In this document: one piece after another, positions 21,775-32,510 of the stretch | Position numbering within the stretch: position 1 is the first letter of the stretch | How the letters are laid out: every line of letters starts with the position of its first letter | DNA from: Chiloscyllium plagiosum | Lineage: Eukaryota | Assembly (NCBI RefSeq): GCF_004010195.1 | Contig: NC_057751.1 | Coordinates: forward strand, 14,034,996 to 14,068,111 | Direction: 5' to 3' | Length of the DNA stretch: 33,116 nucleotides | The notes under the pieces: model-generated | Told to the model about the DNA's origin: nothing | What the model saw: only the letters and a program-made list of their open reading frames with translations | The model's database searches: none | Translations under genes and position numbers: made by a program

Positions 21775-21880
21775 CATGAGAGGAATATGGGCCAAATCGA
21801 GATGAGTGAGACGAGTTTAGTTTGGGAACCGTGCTTGGCGTGGACGTGTTGGACTGACCATGCTGTCTGACTCCATGGTT
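21775..21880 (+). mobile_element. Older CR1 3' tail fragment
   Basis: GAGGAATATGGGCCAAAT...GTTTAGTTTGGGA...GGCGTGGACGTGTTGGACTGA...CATGCTGTCTGACTCCATG. Confidence 0.65.
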
Positions 21881-21888
21881 CAAATTGA

Positions 21889-22365
21889 CAAGATTTACAA
21901 GGATGTTGCCAGGGCTGGAGGATCTGAGCTACAGGGAGAGGCTGAACAGGCTGGGGCTGTTTTCCCTGGAGTGTCGGAGGCTGAGGGGTGATCTTACAGA
22001 GGTTTATAAAATCAGGAGGGGCATGATAGGATAAATAGACAAAAGTCTTTTCCCTGGGCTGGGGGAGTCCAGAATGAGAGGGCATAGGTTTAAGGTGAGA
22101 GGGGAAAGATATAAAAGGGACCTAAGGGGCAACTTTTTCACACAGAGGGTGATATGTGTATGGAATGAGCTGCCAGAGGAAGTGGTGGAGGCTGGTACAA
22201 TTGCAACATTTAAAAGGGATTTGGATGGGTATATGAATAGGAAGGGTTTGGAGGGATATGGGCCGGGTGCTGGCAGGTGGGACTAGATTGGGTTGGGATA
22301 TCTGGGTCAGCCTGGACGGGTTGGACCGAAGGGTCTGTTTCCATGCTGTACACCTCTGTGACTCT
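21889..22365 (+). mobile_element. Young HER1/CR1 LINE 3' fragment
   Basis: RFTRMLPGLEDLSYRERLNRLGLFSLECRRLRGDL...RGHRFKVRGERYKRDLRGNFFTQRV...GAGRWD* plus tail CTCTGTGACTCT. Confidence 0.95.
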
Positions 22366-22871
22366 CCTCTCACTTCACTTCATGGGCCTCCATAGCCAGA
22401 GTAAACTTACCCTCCCTGATGGAAAACACCCTCCTCCCACCTCACCTCCTTGTGGGAGGGAGTTCTTGTTACGGACTCTTCAGCGAGGTGAAGTCATGTT
22501 GAAGCACCTACCCTCTGGGAACACTGCCAGAATTGTTCAGGCTACTGTTCAGATCCAGTCAATACTTTGCTCATTTTCCTATCCTTCCTGACGCCTCTGA
22601 GCCTGATTCTCGTCCTTTCTCAGGTCTGATGACCCCACGTCCTAAAGTGGGGCCTCCGACTTTCACAGCTCAACAGTAGATTCAAGGCCCACTGTGGGCA
22701 AGGTCACGGAGCAAGGACATGATGTGCAGTCAAGTCCCGAGAGAGTCACAGCCATGTGGCAGATGAGAGAGGAAACCACTGAGGATTCATTTCCTTGTGT
22801 GTGATGCATTTGAAAGGATCCCCTTGCATTTTGTTCAGAAACCCAGGGAGGGTTTCCTGTGGTATACTTTT

Positions 22872-23195
22872 GGACAGCACGGTGGCTCAGTGGTTAGCAC
22901 TGCTGCCTCTCAGCGCCAGACACCCGGGTTCAATTCCTGCCTCAGGCGACTGTCTGTGTGGAGTTTGCACGTTCTCCCCGTGTCTGCGTGGGTTTCCTCC
23001 GGGTGCTCCGGTCTCCTCCCACAATCCAAAGATGTGCAGGTTAGGGTGAATTGGCCATGCTAAATTGCCCGTAGTGTTAGGTGAAGGGGTAAATGTAGGG
23101 GCATGGGTCTGGGTGGGTTGCTCTTCGGAGGGTCGGTGTGGACTGGTTGGGCCGAAGGGCTTGTTTCCACGCTGTAGGGAATCTAATCTAATCAG
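22872..23195 (+). mobile_element. HE1 SINE, full length
   Basis: Head GGACAGCACGGTGGCTCAGTGGTTAGCAC, B-box GGTTCAATTCC, V-domain, single internal unit, tail GGGAATCTAATCTAA. Confidence 0.95.
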
Positions 23196-23632
23196 CAATC
23201 ACTGTCATAGTTGAGAGGCTGTGTGAAGCTCTTGCACAATAGAGATGTGCTCCAGAGCAGGCGCCAGTGAAATGCAGGCTGTCTCATTCTGAGCTGTTCT
23301 TAGCCACTGTCTCCTAACGACGATGCTTCTGTACAAGACAAACATCTTCCTGCTATCGAAAACCATCAGGTCCTCCTGCAGCATCCTGCTGCTGTGGATT
23401 TATTTGTAAACCTTTCCCGAGACAGCAGCACTATCAGTGTGAAATATACATGAGGGTCGGCGCTTAGCAAATCCCCAACTTGTTAGCAATTTAATATTGC
23501 TCGAACTTCACATCAAAGGATGTGTTTCCCGATCTGTATCTGGGATGACAGGAGATGTGATGCCTTTTAAAAGCTGCGCACACCCCCTTCAGCTCTCTCA
23601 GCGGGTTTCCAAGAGGGACTATCATCCTGCTC

Positions 23633-23871
23633 TGAGTCATAGAGATGTACAGCACGGAAACAGACCCTTCGGCCCAACCCGTCCATGCCGACCAGATATC
23701 CCAACCCAATCTAGTCCCACCTGCCAGCACCCGGCCCATCTCCCTCCAAACTCTTCCTATTCATATCCCCATCCAGATGCCTCTTAAATGTTCCAATTGT
23801 AGCAGCCTCCACCACTTCCTCTGGCAGCTCATCCCATACACGTACCACCCTCTGTGTGGAAAAGTTGCCCC
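23633..23871 (-). mobile_element. HER1/CR1 LINE 3' fragment
   Basis: Minus-strand RGNFSTQRVVRVWDELPEEVVEAATIGTFKRHLDG...GAGRWD* plus tail. Confidence 0.95.
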
Positions 23872-26800
23872 TGATTGGACAGCGCCTCAGCAAATGCTCA
23901 CCCAGAGGTGTTTGCTGGCCTGTTCTGTGTTGTTCCACCTTGAGGTGTGTGTACAGAATGTCCCTCTGAGCCTGTGATGAAAGGCGGACAGAACATTGAC
24001 TTGATGTCAGCTGCCCCCAGACCCACGGTGCAGGCTGTCGGCTGCTCGGGGATCCATGANNNNNNNNNNNNNNNNNNNNNNNNNNNNNNNNNNNNNNNNN
24101 NNNNNNNNNNNNNNNNNNNNNNNNNNNNNNNNNNNNNNNNNNNNNNNNNNNNNNNNNNNNNNNNNNNNNNNNNNNNNNNNNNNNNNNNNNNNNNNNNNNN
24201 NNNNNNNNNNNNNNNNNNNNNNNNNNNNNNNNNNNNNNNNNNNNNNNNNNNNNNNNNNNNNNNNNNNNNNNNNNNNNNNNNNNNNNNNNNNNNNNNNNNN
24301 NNNNNNNNNNNNNNNNNNNNNNNNNNNNNNNNNNNNNNNNNNNNNNNNNNNNNNNNNNNNNNNNNNNNNNNNNNNNNNNNNNNNNNNNNNNNNNNNNNNN
24401 NNNNNNNNNNNNNNNNNNNNNNNNNNNNNNNNNNNNNNNNNNNNNNNNNNNNNNNNNNNNNNNNNNNNNNNNNNNNNNNNNNNNNNNNNNNNNNNNNNNN
24501 NNNNNNNNNNNNNNNNNNNNNNNNNNNNNNNNNNNNNNNNNNNNNNNNNNNNNNNNNNNGTCTGCCAAGAAGAGAGAACAGCATTCTGAAAACATGAAAT
24601 ACTCCACAGTAACAAGGACCCTGTGTACAGTCTGCCAAGAAGAGAGAACAGCATTCTGAAAATATCAAACACTCTCCAGTAACAGGAATCCTGTGTACAG
24701 TCTGACCAGAACAGGGAACAGCATTCTGAAAATATCAAACACTCCCCAGTAACTAGAACCCTGTGTACAGTCTGACAAGAACAGAGAACAGCATTCTTAA
24801 AACATCAAACACTCCCCAGTAACGAGAACCCTGTGTACAGTCTGACAAGAACAGAGAACAGCATTCTGAAAATATCCAACACTCCTCAGGAACAGGAACC
24901 CTGAGTACAGTCTGACAAGAACAGGGAACAACATTCAGAAACTATCAAATACTCCCTACTCACATGAACCCTGTGTACAGTCTGACCAGAACAGAGAACA
25001 GCATTCTGAAAATATCAAACTGCCCCAGTAACAGGAACCCTGTGTACTGTCTGTCCAGAACAGAGAACAGCATTCTGAAAATATCAAACACTCCCCAGGA
25101 ACAGGAACCCTGTATACAGTCTGACCAGAACAGAGAACGGCATTCTGAAAACATCAAACACTCCCCACTAACAAGAACGATGTGTACAGTCTGACAAGAA
25201 CAGAGAACGTCATTCTGAAAATATCTAACACTCCCCAGTAACAGGAAACCTGTGTACAGTCTGTCCAGAACAGAGAGCAGCATTCTGAAATAATGAAATA
25301 CTCCCCAGGAACAGGAACCCTGTGTACAGTCTGCCCAGAACAGAGAACAGCATTCTGAAATCATGAAATACTCCCCAGGAACAGGAACCCTGTGTACAGT
25401 TTGACCAAAACTGAGAACAGCATTCTGAAAACATGAAATGATCCACAGTAACAGGAACCCTGTATACAGTCTGACAAGAACAGAGAACAGCATTCTGAAA
25501 ATATCCAACACTCTCCAGTAACAGGAACCCTGTGTACAGTCTGACAAGGACAGAGAACAGCATTCTGAAAACATCAAACACTCCCCAGTAACAGGAAACC
25601 GGTGTACAGTCGGCGCAGAACAGAGAACAGCATTCTTAAAACATCAAACATTCCCCAGTAACAGGAACCCTGTGTACAGTCTGACAAGAACAGAGAACAG
25701 CATTCTGAAAATTGTAGACACTCCCCAGTAACAGGAACCCTGTGTACAGTCTGACAAGAACAGGGAACAACGTTCAGAAACTATCAAACACTCCCTCGTC
25801 ACATGAACCCTGTGTACAGTCTGACCAGAACAGAGAACATCATTCTGAAAATATCAAACTCTCCACAGTAACAGGAACCCTATGTACAGTCTGACCAGAA
25901 CAGAGAACAGCATTCTGAAAATATCAAACACTCCCCAGGAACAGGAACCCCGTGTACAGTCTGACAAGAACAGAGTACAGCATTCAGAAAGCATCCAACA
26001 CTCCACAGTGAGAGCAAACCTGTGTACAGTCTGTCCAGAACAGAAAACAGCATTCTGAAAGCCTCAAACACTCCCCAGTAACAGGAACCCTGTGTACAGT
26101 CTGACCAGAACAGAGAACAGCATTCTGAAAATATCCAACACTACCCAGTAACAGTAACCCTGTGTACAGTCTGACAAGAACAGAGAACAGCATTCTGAAA
26201 ACATGAAATACTCCACAGTAACAGGAACCCTGTGTACAGTCTGCCAAGAAGAGAGAACAGCATTCTGATAATATCCAACAGTCCCCAGTAACAGGAACCC
26301 TGTGTACAGTCTGACAAGAACAGAGAACAGCATTCTGAAAATATCAAACACTCTCCAGAAACAGGAACCCTGTGTATAGTCTGTCCAGAACAAAAAACAG
26401 CATACTGAGAATATCAAACACTCCCCAGGAGAGGAACCCCGTGTACAGTCTGACAATAACAGAGTACAGCATTCAGAAAGCATCCAACACTCCGCAGTGA
26501 GAGAAAACCTGTGTACAGTCTGTCCAGAACAGAAAACAGCATTCTGAAAGCCTCAAACACTCCCCAGTAACAGGAACCCTGTGTACAGTCTGACAAGAAC
26601 AGAGAACAGCATTCTGAAAGCCCAGTAACTAGAACCCTGTGTACAGTCTGTCCAGAACAGAGAACAGCATTCTGAAAACATCAAACACTCCCCAGTAACA
26701 GGAACCCTGTGTACAGTCTGACCAGAACAGAGAACAGCATTCTGAAAGCCTCAAACACTCTCCAGTTACTAGAACCCTGTGTACAGTCTGACCAGAACAG

Positions 26801-28436
26801 GGAACAGCATTCTGAAAACATCAAACACTCCCCAGTAACAGGAACCCTGTGTACTGTCTATCCAGAACAGAGAACAGCATTCTGAAAACATCAAACACTC
26901 CCCAGTAACAGGAACCCTGTGTACAGTCTGACAAGAAAGAGAACAGCATTCTGAAAGCCTCAAACACTCCCCAGTAACAGGAACCCTGTGTTCAGTCTGT
27001 CCAGAACAGAGAACAGCATTCTGAAAGCCTCAAACACTCTCCAGTAACAGGAACCCTGTGTACAGTCTGTCCAGAACAGAGAACAGCATTCTGAAAACAT
27101 CCAACACTCCCCAGTAACAGGAACCCTGTGTACAGTCTGCCCAGAACAGAGAATAGCATTCTGAAAACATGAAATACTCCCCAGTACCAGGAACCCTGTG
27201 TACAGTCTGACCAGAACAGAGAACAGCATTCTGAAAGCCCCAAACACTCCCCAGGAACAGGAACCCTGTGTATAGTCTGCCCAGAACAGAGAACAGCATT
27301 CTGAAAACATGAAATACTCCTCAGTAACAGGAACCCTGTGTACAGTCTGACCAGAACAGAGAACAGCATTCTGAAATCATGAAATACTCCCCAGGAACAG
27401 GAACCCTGTGTATAGTCTGCCCAGAACAGAGAACAGCATTCTGAAAACATNNNNNNNNNNNNNNNNNNNNNNNNNNNNNNNNNNNNNNNNNNNNNNNNNN
27501 NNNNNNNNNNNNNNNNNNNNNNNNNNNNNNNNNNNNNNNNNNNNNNNNNNNNNNNNNNNNNNNNNNNNNNNNNNNNNNNNNNNNNNNNNNNNNNNNNNNN
27601 NNNNNNNNNNNNNNNNNNNNNNNNNNNNNNNNNNNNNNNNNNNNNNNNNNNNNNNNNNNNNNNNNNNNNNNNNNNNNNNNNNNNNNNNNNNNNNNNNNNN
27701 NNNNNNNNNNNNNNNNNNNNNNNNNNNNNNNNNNNNNNNNNNNNNNNNNNNNNNNNNNNNNNNNNNNNNNNNNNNNNNNNNNNNNNNNNNNNNNNNNNNN
27801 NNNNNNNNNNNNNNNNNNNNNNNNNNNNNNNNNNNNNNNNNNNNNNNNNNNNNNNNNNNNNNNNNNNNNNNNNNNNNNNNNNNNNNNNNNNNNNNNNNNN
27901 NNNNNNNNNNNNNNNNNNNNNNNNNNNNNNNNNNNNNNNNNNNNNNNNNNNNNNNNNNNNNNNNNNNNNNNNNNNNNNNNNNNNNNNNNNNNNNNNNNNN
28001 NNNNNNNNNNNNNNNNNNNNNNNNNNNNNNNNNNNNNNNNNNNNNNNNNNNNNNNNNNNNNNNNNNNNNNNNNNNNNNNNNNNNNNNNNNNNNNNNNNNN
28101 NNNNNNNNNNNNNNNNNNNNNNNNNNNNNNNNNNNNNNNNNNNNNNNNNNNNNNNNNNNNNNNNNNNNNNNNNNNNNNNNNNNNNNNNNNNNNNNNNNNN
28201 NNNNNNNNNNNNNNNNNNNNNNNNNNNNNNNNNNNNNNNNNNNNNNNNNNNNNNNNNNNNNNNNNNNNNNNNNNNNNNNNNNNNNNNNNNNNNNNNNNNN
28301 NNNNNNNNNNNNNNNNNNNNNNNNNNNNNNNNNNNNNNNNNNNNNNNNNNNNNNNNNNNNNNNNNNNNNNNNNNNNNNNNNNNNNNNNNNNNNNNNNNNN
28401 NNNNNNNNNNNNNNNNNNNNNNNNNNNNNNNNNNNN

Positions 28437-28885
28437 TTTTAAACGTTTCGTCCCCTGGCTAGGCGACGTCATCAGTGCTTGGGAGCCTCCTGCGAAGCGC
28501 GTCTTTGATGTTTCTTTCGGTGTTTACAGTGGTGTGTCCCTGCCGCTTCCGGTTGTCAGTTTCAGCTGTCCGCTGTAGTTGTTGGTATATTGGGTCCAGG
28601 TCGATGTGTTTGTTGATGGAGTTTGTGGATGAATGCCATGCCTCTAGGAATTCCCTGGTTGTTCTCTGTCTGGCTTGCCCTATGATAGTAGTGTTGTCCC
28701 AGTCGAATTCATGTTGCTTGTTGTCTGCGTGTGTGGCTACTAAGGATAGCTGGTCATGTCGTTTCGTGGCTCGTTGATGTTCGTGGATGCGGATTGTTAG
28801 CTGTCTTCCTGTTTGTCCTATATAGTGTTTTGTGCAGTCCTTGCATGGGATTTTGTACACTACATTCGTCTTGCTCATGTTGACG
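28437..28885 (-). mobile_element. 5'-truncated Penelope-like retroelement: GIY-YIG endonuclease domain plus start of the pseudo-LTR
   Basis: Stop-free MSKTNVVYKIPCKDCTKHYIGQTGRQLTIRIHEHQRATKRHDQLSLVATHADNKQHEFDWDNTTII...REFLEAWHS...SINKHIDLDPIYQQL: VVY..C..C...YIG.T.R....R..EH with CCHH-type residues, typical of PLE endonucleases. Confidence 0.95.
28441..28478 (-). ncRNA. Minimal hammerhead ribozyme core in the Penelope pseudo-LTR
   Basis: Minus strand GCA-CUGAUGA-C-[GUC G CCU AGCC AGG G GAC]-GAAA-CGUUU: both conserved boxes, stem II with one G.G mismatch, palindromic ACGU mini stem III, GUH triplet. The 3' strand of stem I is not resolved at the gap edge. Confidence 0.75.
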
Positions 28886-31687
28886 ACATCAGACAACATC
28901 AGACACTCCCCATGAACAGGAACCCTGTGTACAGTCTGACCAGAACCAAAAACAGCATTCTGAAAATATCTAACACTAAACAGTAACATGAACCCTGGGA
29001 ACAGTCTGACCAGAACAGAGAACTGCATTCGGAAAATATCAAACACTCCCCAGTAACAGGAACCCTGTGTACAGTCTGACAAAAACTTGGAACAACATTC
29101 AGAAACTATCAAACACTCCCCAGTAACAGGAACCCTGTGTACAGTCTGACCAGAACAGAGAACAGCATTCTGAAAATATCAAACACTCCCCAGTAACAGG
29201 AACCCTGTGTACTGTCTGTCCAGAACAGAGAACAGCATTCTGAAAACATCAAACACTCCCCAGTAATTGGAAACCTGTGTACAGTCTGACCAGAAGAGAG
29301 AACAGCATTATAAAAATGTAAAACTCTCCCCAGTATCAGGAAACCTGTGCACAGTCTGTCCAGAACAGAGAACAGCATTCTGAAAACATCAAACACTTCC
29401 CAGGAACAGGAACACTGTGTACAGTCTGACCAGAACAGAGAACAGCATACTGAGAATATCAAACACTCCCCAGTAGCAGGAACCCTGTGTACAGTCTGAC
29501 CAGATCAAAGAACAGCATTCAGAAAACATCAAACACTCCCCAGTAACAGGAACCCTGTGTACAGTCTGACCAGAACAGGGAACAACATTCAGAAACTATC
29601 AAATACTCCCCAGTAACAGGAACCCTGTGTTCAGTCTGTCCAGAACAGAGAACAGCATTCTGAAAACATCAAACACTCCCAAGTAACAAGAACCCTGTGT
29701 ACAGTCTGACTAGAACAGAGAACAGCATTCTGAAAATATCAAACACTCCCAAGTAACAAGAACCCTGTGTACAGTCTGACCAGAACAGAGAACAGCATTC
29801 TGAAAATATCAAACACTCCGCAGTAACAGGAACCCTGTGTACAGTCTGACCAGAACAGAGAACAGCATTCTGAAAACATCAAACACTCCCCAGTAACAGG
29901 AACCCTGTGTACAGTCTGTCCAGAACAGAGAACAGCATTCATAAAACATCAAACACTCCCCAGTAACAGGAACCCTATGTACAGTCTGACAAGAACAGAG
30001 AACAGCATTCCAAAAACATCCAATATTCTCCATCAGCAGGAATCCTGTGTACAGTCTACCAGGAACAGAGAACAGCATTCTGAAAGCACCCAACACTCCC
30101 CAGTAACAGGAAACCTGTGTGCAGTCTGACAGGAACAGGGAACAGCATTCTGAAAACATCCAACACTCCACGGTAACAGGAACCCTGTGTACAGTCTGAC
30201 ATGAACAGGGAACAGCATTCTGAAAACATCCAACACTCCCCAGGAACAGGAACCCTGTGTACAGTCTGACCAGAACCAAAAACAGCATACTGAGAATATC
30301 AAACACTCCCCAGGAACAGGAACCCCGTGTACAGTCTGACAAGAACAGAGAACAGCATTCTGAAAGCATCCAACACTCCACAGTGAGAGCAAACCTGTGT
30401 ACAGTCTGCCCAGAACAGAAAACAGCATTCTTAAAACATCAAACACTCCCCAGTAACAGGAACCCTGTGTACAGTCTGTCCAGAACAGGGAACAGCATTC
30501 TGAAAGCCTCAAAGCTTCTGCAGTAATAATCAGGAAGCGCTGGAGGATCTCTGCGGTTCTGTCTGTGGTATGAATGCTTTGATTGCTCCCTGAATCACTG
30601 GGTGTCTGCATGGAATATCCTGGTGAAACTTTCCTCTCTCTCTCTCTCTACCCACCTCACAGCAGAACAGACACAGCTGATGCTCTGAATAGCCAAACAA
30701 GATTTGTGGCAAAGGTCCGGCTCCGCTGGACAGACAATGGGAATCCTGACAGGGGGTGGGGTTTGCTCTCGGAGATATGGATGGCATCTGAGGAATGAAC
30801 CTTCTCCCCCTGACACAAATCCCGGTGCCCTCTGTCTCCAAGCTCCTTTCCCCTGATCGATAACGTCTTCAGATCCAAGGCTTTCCCAAGCAACCTGGAT
30901 GTCTCTGTTCTCTCCGAAGATTAACCTGCCGCTTCCACTGGCAGGTGGGCATTGGTCTCAGTATTCATGGGTTTTTTGCTGTCAATTCGAGTGTGCCCCA
31001 TGTGGGCATTGACTGTGAACAGTGGCGGGGTTGTTAGCAAGTGCACAGGCACTGAAAGCCTGTCTTCCCACAGATGGTTAACTCAGGCAGCCTTTTCTCT
31101 TGTTGCTCACCATCCTGCCCCCCCACCCCCCCCCCTCCCTGCACCGGAATCGCTCGGCAGATTGCAATCAGAGAAACCTTTCTGATGCTTCATTAATGCA
31201 GTACTCACTGTGGGGGCTCCAGGTCCTGCCCGGTTAGCCATTGCATGTAGTAGGGCGATCGGTGAAATCTGACCCTTTCTCTCACTGCTTCCTGCTCGGT
31301 ATTTTCCTTTCTGATAAATCAGTCACATTGCAACCGGGCTAAAAATACGAGTGAGCTCAAAAAGCCCAGCTCATCTCTCCCTGGCTGGATTTGATATGGC
31401 TGTGAGCTCGCCTTCTCCCCCCACCCCCCTCACACACACACACACACACACACCCATCTGCAATCCCACAGTGTCTGCTCGCTGGAAAGCTGGGCTCCAC
31501 GGGGGCACTCGCTTCTCGGGCTGACTCCAGAGTCGAGGGCACCGTTCCATACACTCTGAAAGTTCCACTCGTGCTTGGAGCTGCGCTGAGACTGGGATGC
31601 CACCGCCCTCCCACCCAGCCCCAGGCTCCTGTCGTTGGTCCCAGTCCAAACTGAGACCCAACTCTCTGACAGCTAGCAAGGTACAAG

Positions 31688-31730
31688 CTGTGTGTGTGTC
31701 TGTGTCTGTGTGTGTGTGTGTGTGTGTGTG
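31688..31730. repeat. (TG)n microsatellite; a (CA)n tract also lies at 31431-31453
   Basis: Seen directly in the sequence. Confidence 0.9.
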
Positions 31731-32127
31731 AGGGTGGGGTGTGGCTTACAAAGCAAGCGCCAGTCTGTGTCAAGAGTGTTCCTGGGTAGGCTTGGAGGGG
31801 TGGTCAATGCTTCCACAGCACCCCCCAAAAAAATGCAACCCCCCCCCCCCTGCCCCCCCATGCCAGTCTGACTGTGCCCTCTGAGAAGTCACCAGAGGCA
31901 AGGAAGGTTCGGCAGGGCCGTAAGGACCCTCACCAGGTGCACCAGAGAACGCGTCTGATCCCCAAGCATCACGGCTCGGTCTGGCTAACTGCTCTGCCCA
32001 GGACCCTGAGAGACAACAGAGCGTTGTCAGCACGGCCCAGATCAGACCGTCACGCAAACCAACCTCTCGTCCACCTGCTCCATCCCCCCCCTTGCTGTGG
32101 CCACTGCTGACATCATCACCCCAGTAT

Positions 32128-32245
32128 TAACCACTCCCATCGGGCATGAGATACAACAACTTCAACACACGCACTGAGAGCTTCAAGAACAGCTCCTCCC
32201 CCCGCCCCCGGCACCCCCCTCGCTGTTATTAGACTTTTGTCCAGA
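32128..32245 (+). mobile_element. Degenerate Rex1/Babar-like LINE 3' fragment
   Basis: CCACTCCCATCGGGCATGAGATACAACAACTTCAACACACGCACTGAGAGCTTCAAGAACAGCTCCTCCCCC...GCTGTTATTAGACTTTTG gives PLPSGMRYNNFNTRTESFKNSSSP..AVIRLL (cf. LLPSGRRYRS..T.T.R.KNSFFP.AIRLLN). Confidence 0.65.
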
Positions 32246-32264
32246 CCTCTCCTGTTTCTTTTTA

Positions 32265-32510
32265 CCATGGGATGGGGAATTTCAAGCCGGGGGGGCATCT
32301 TTTTAAGAAGATAGAGAATTTTTATAAAATGATGGTCAAACTTTCCATACAAAAGGTGGATCGCGTGTCAGAAGTGTTGGATGGGAATACAGTTACAACG
32401 TTCAAAAGATACTCTGCGAACAGGAAGGATTTGGAGGGATACGGGCCAAGACCAGGCAGGTGGGACTCATTTAGTTTGGGATTATGTTCAGCGTGGACTG
32501 GCTGGGCCGA
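32265..32510 (+). mobile_element. Older CR1 3' fragment
   Basis: GNTVTTFKRYSANRKDLEGYGPRPGRWD and a tail to GGGCCGAA, abutting the younger copy. Confidence 0.75.

Larger units (their letters stand above)
24560..30513. repeat. 70-bp tandem satellite, about 41 visible units left and about 23 right of the gap and Penelope insertion
   Basis: Unit AACATCAAACACTCCCCAGTAACAGGAACCCTGTGTACAGTCTGACCAGAACAGAGAACAGCATTCTGAA, head to tail with no spacers, at 24560-27450 and 28895-30513. The left end is in a gap. Confidence 0.98.

Noticed and set aside
22625..22660. CTGATGA followed by a CCCCAC/GTGGGG hairpin
   Set aside because: The hairpin is followed by CCTCC rather than GAAA, so the hammerhead core is incomplete.
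29130..29180. Hammerhead-like pattern in the satellite monomer (CTGAC..AGAA...TTCT-GAAA)
   Set aside because: It lacks G8-A9 of CUGANGA, and no stem I/III or NUH geometry is evident, so this is not a ribozyme-bearing satellite.
24560..30513. CRISPR-like array or Cys-rich repeat protein (ORFs such as MFSECCSLFWSDCTQGSCYWGVF...)
   Set aside because: The units are contiguous with no unique spacers and no cas genes are present. The 70-bp period is not a multiple of 3, so the same peptides appear in all frames with scattered stops, as expected for a non-coding satellite.
31770..32057. Secreted peptide with a signal sequence (MRDGLIWAVLTTLCCLSGSWAEQ...)
   Set aside because: The start is TTG, not ATG. 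The hydrophobic stretch is the translation of a pyrimidine tract/acceptor, and the 3' part runs into G-rich low-complexity sequence.
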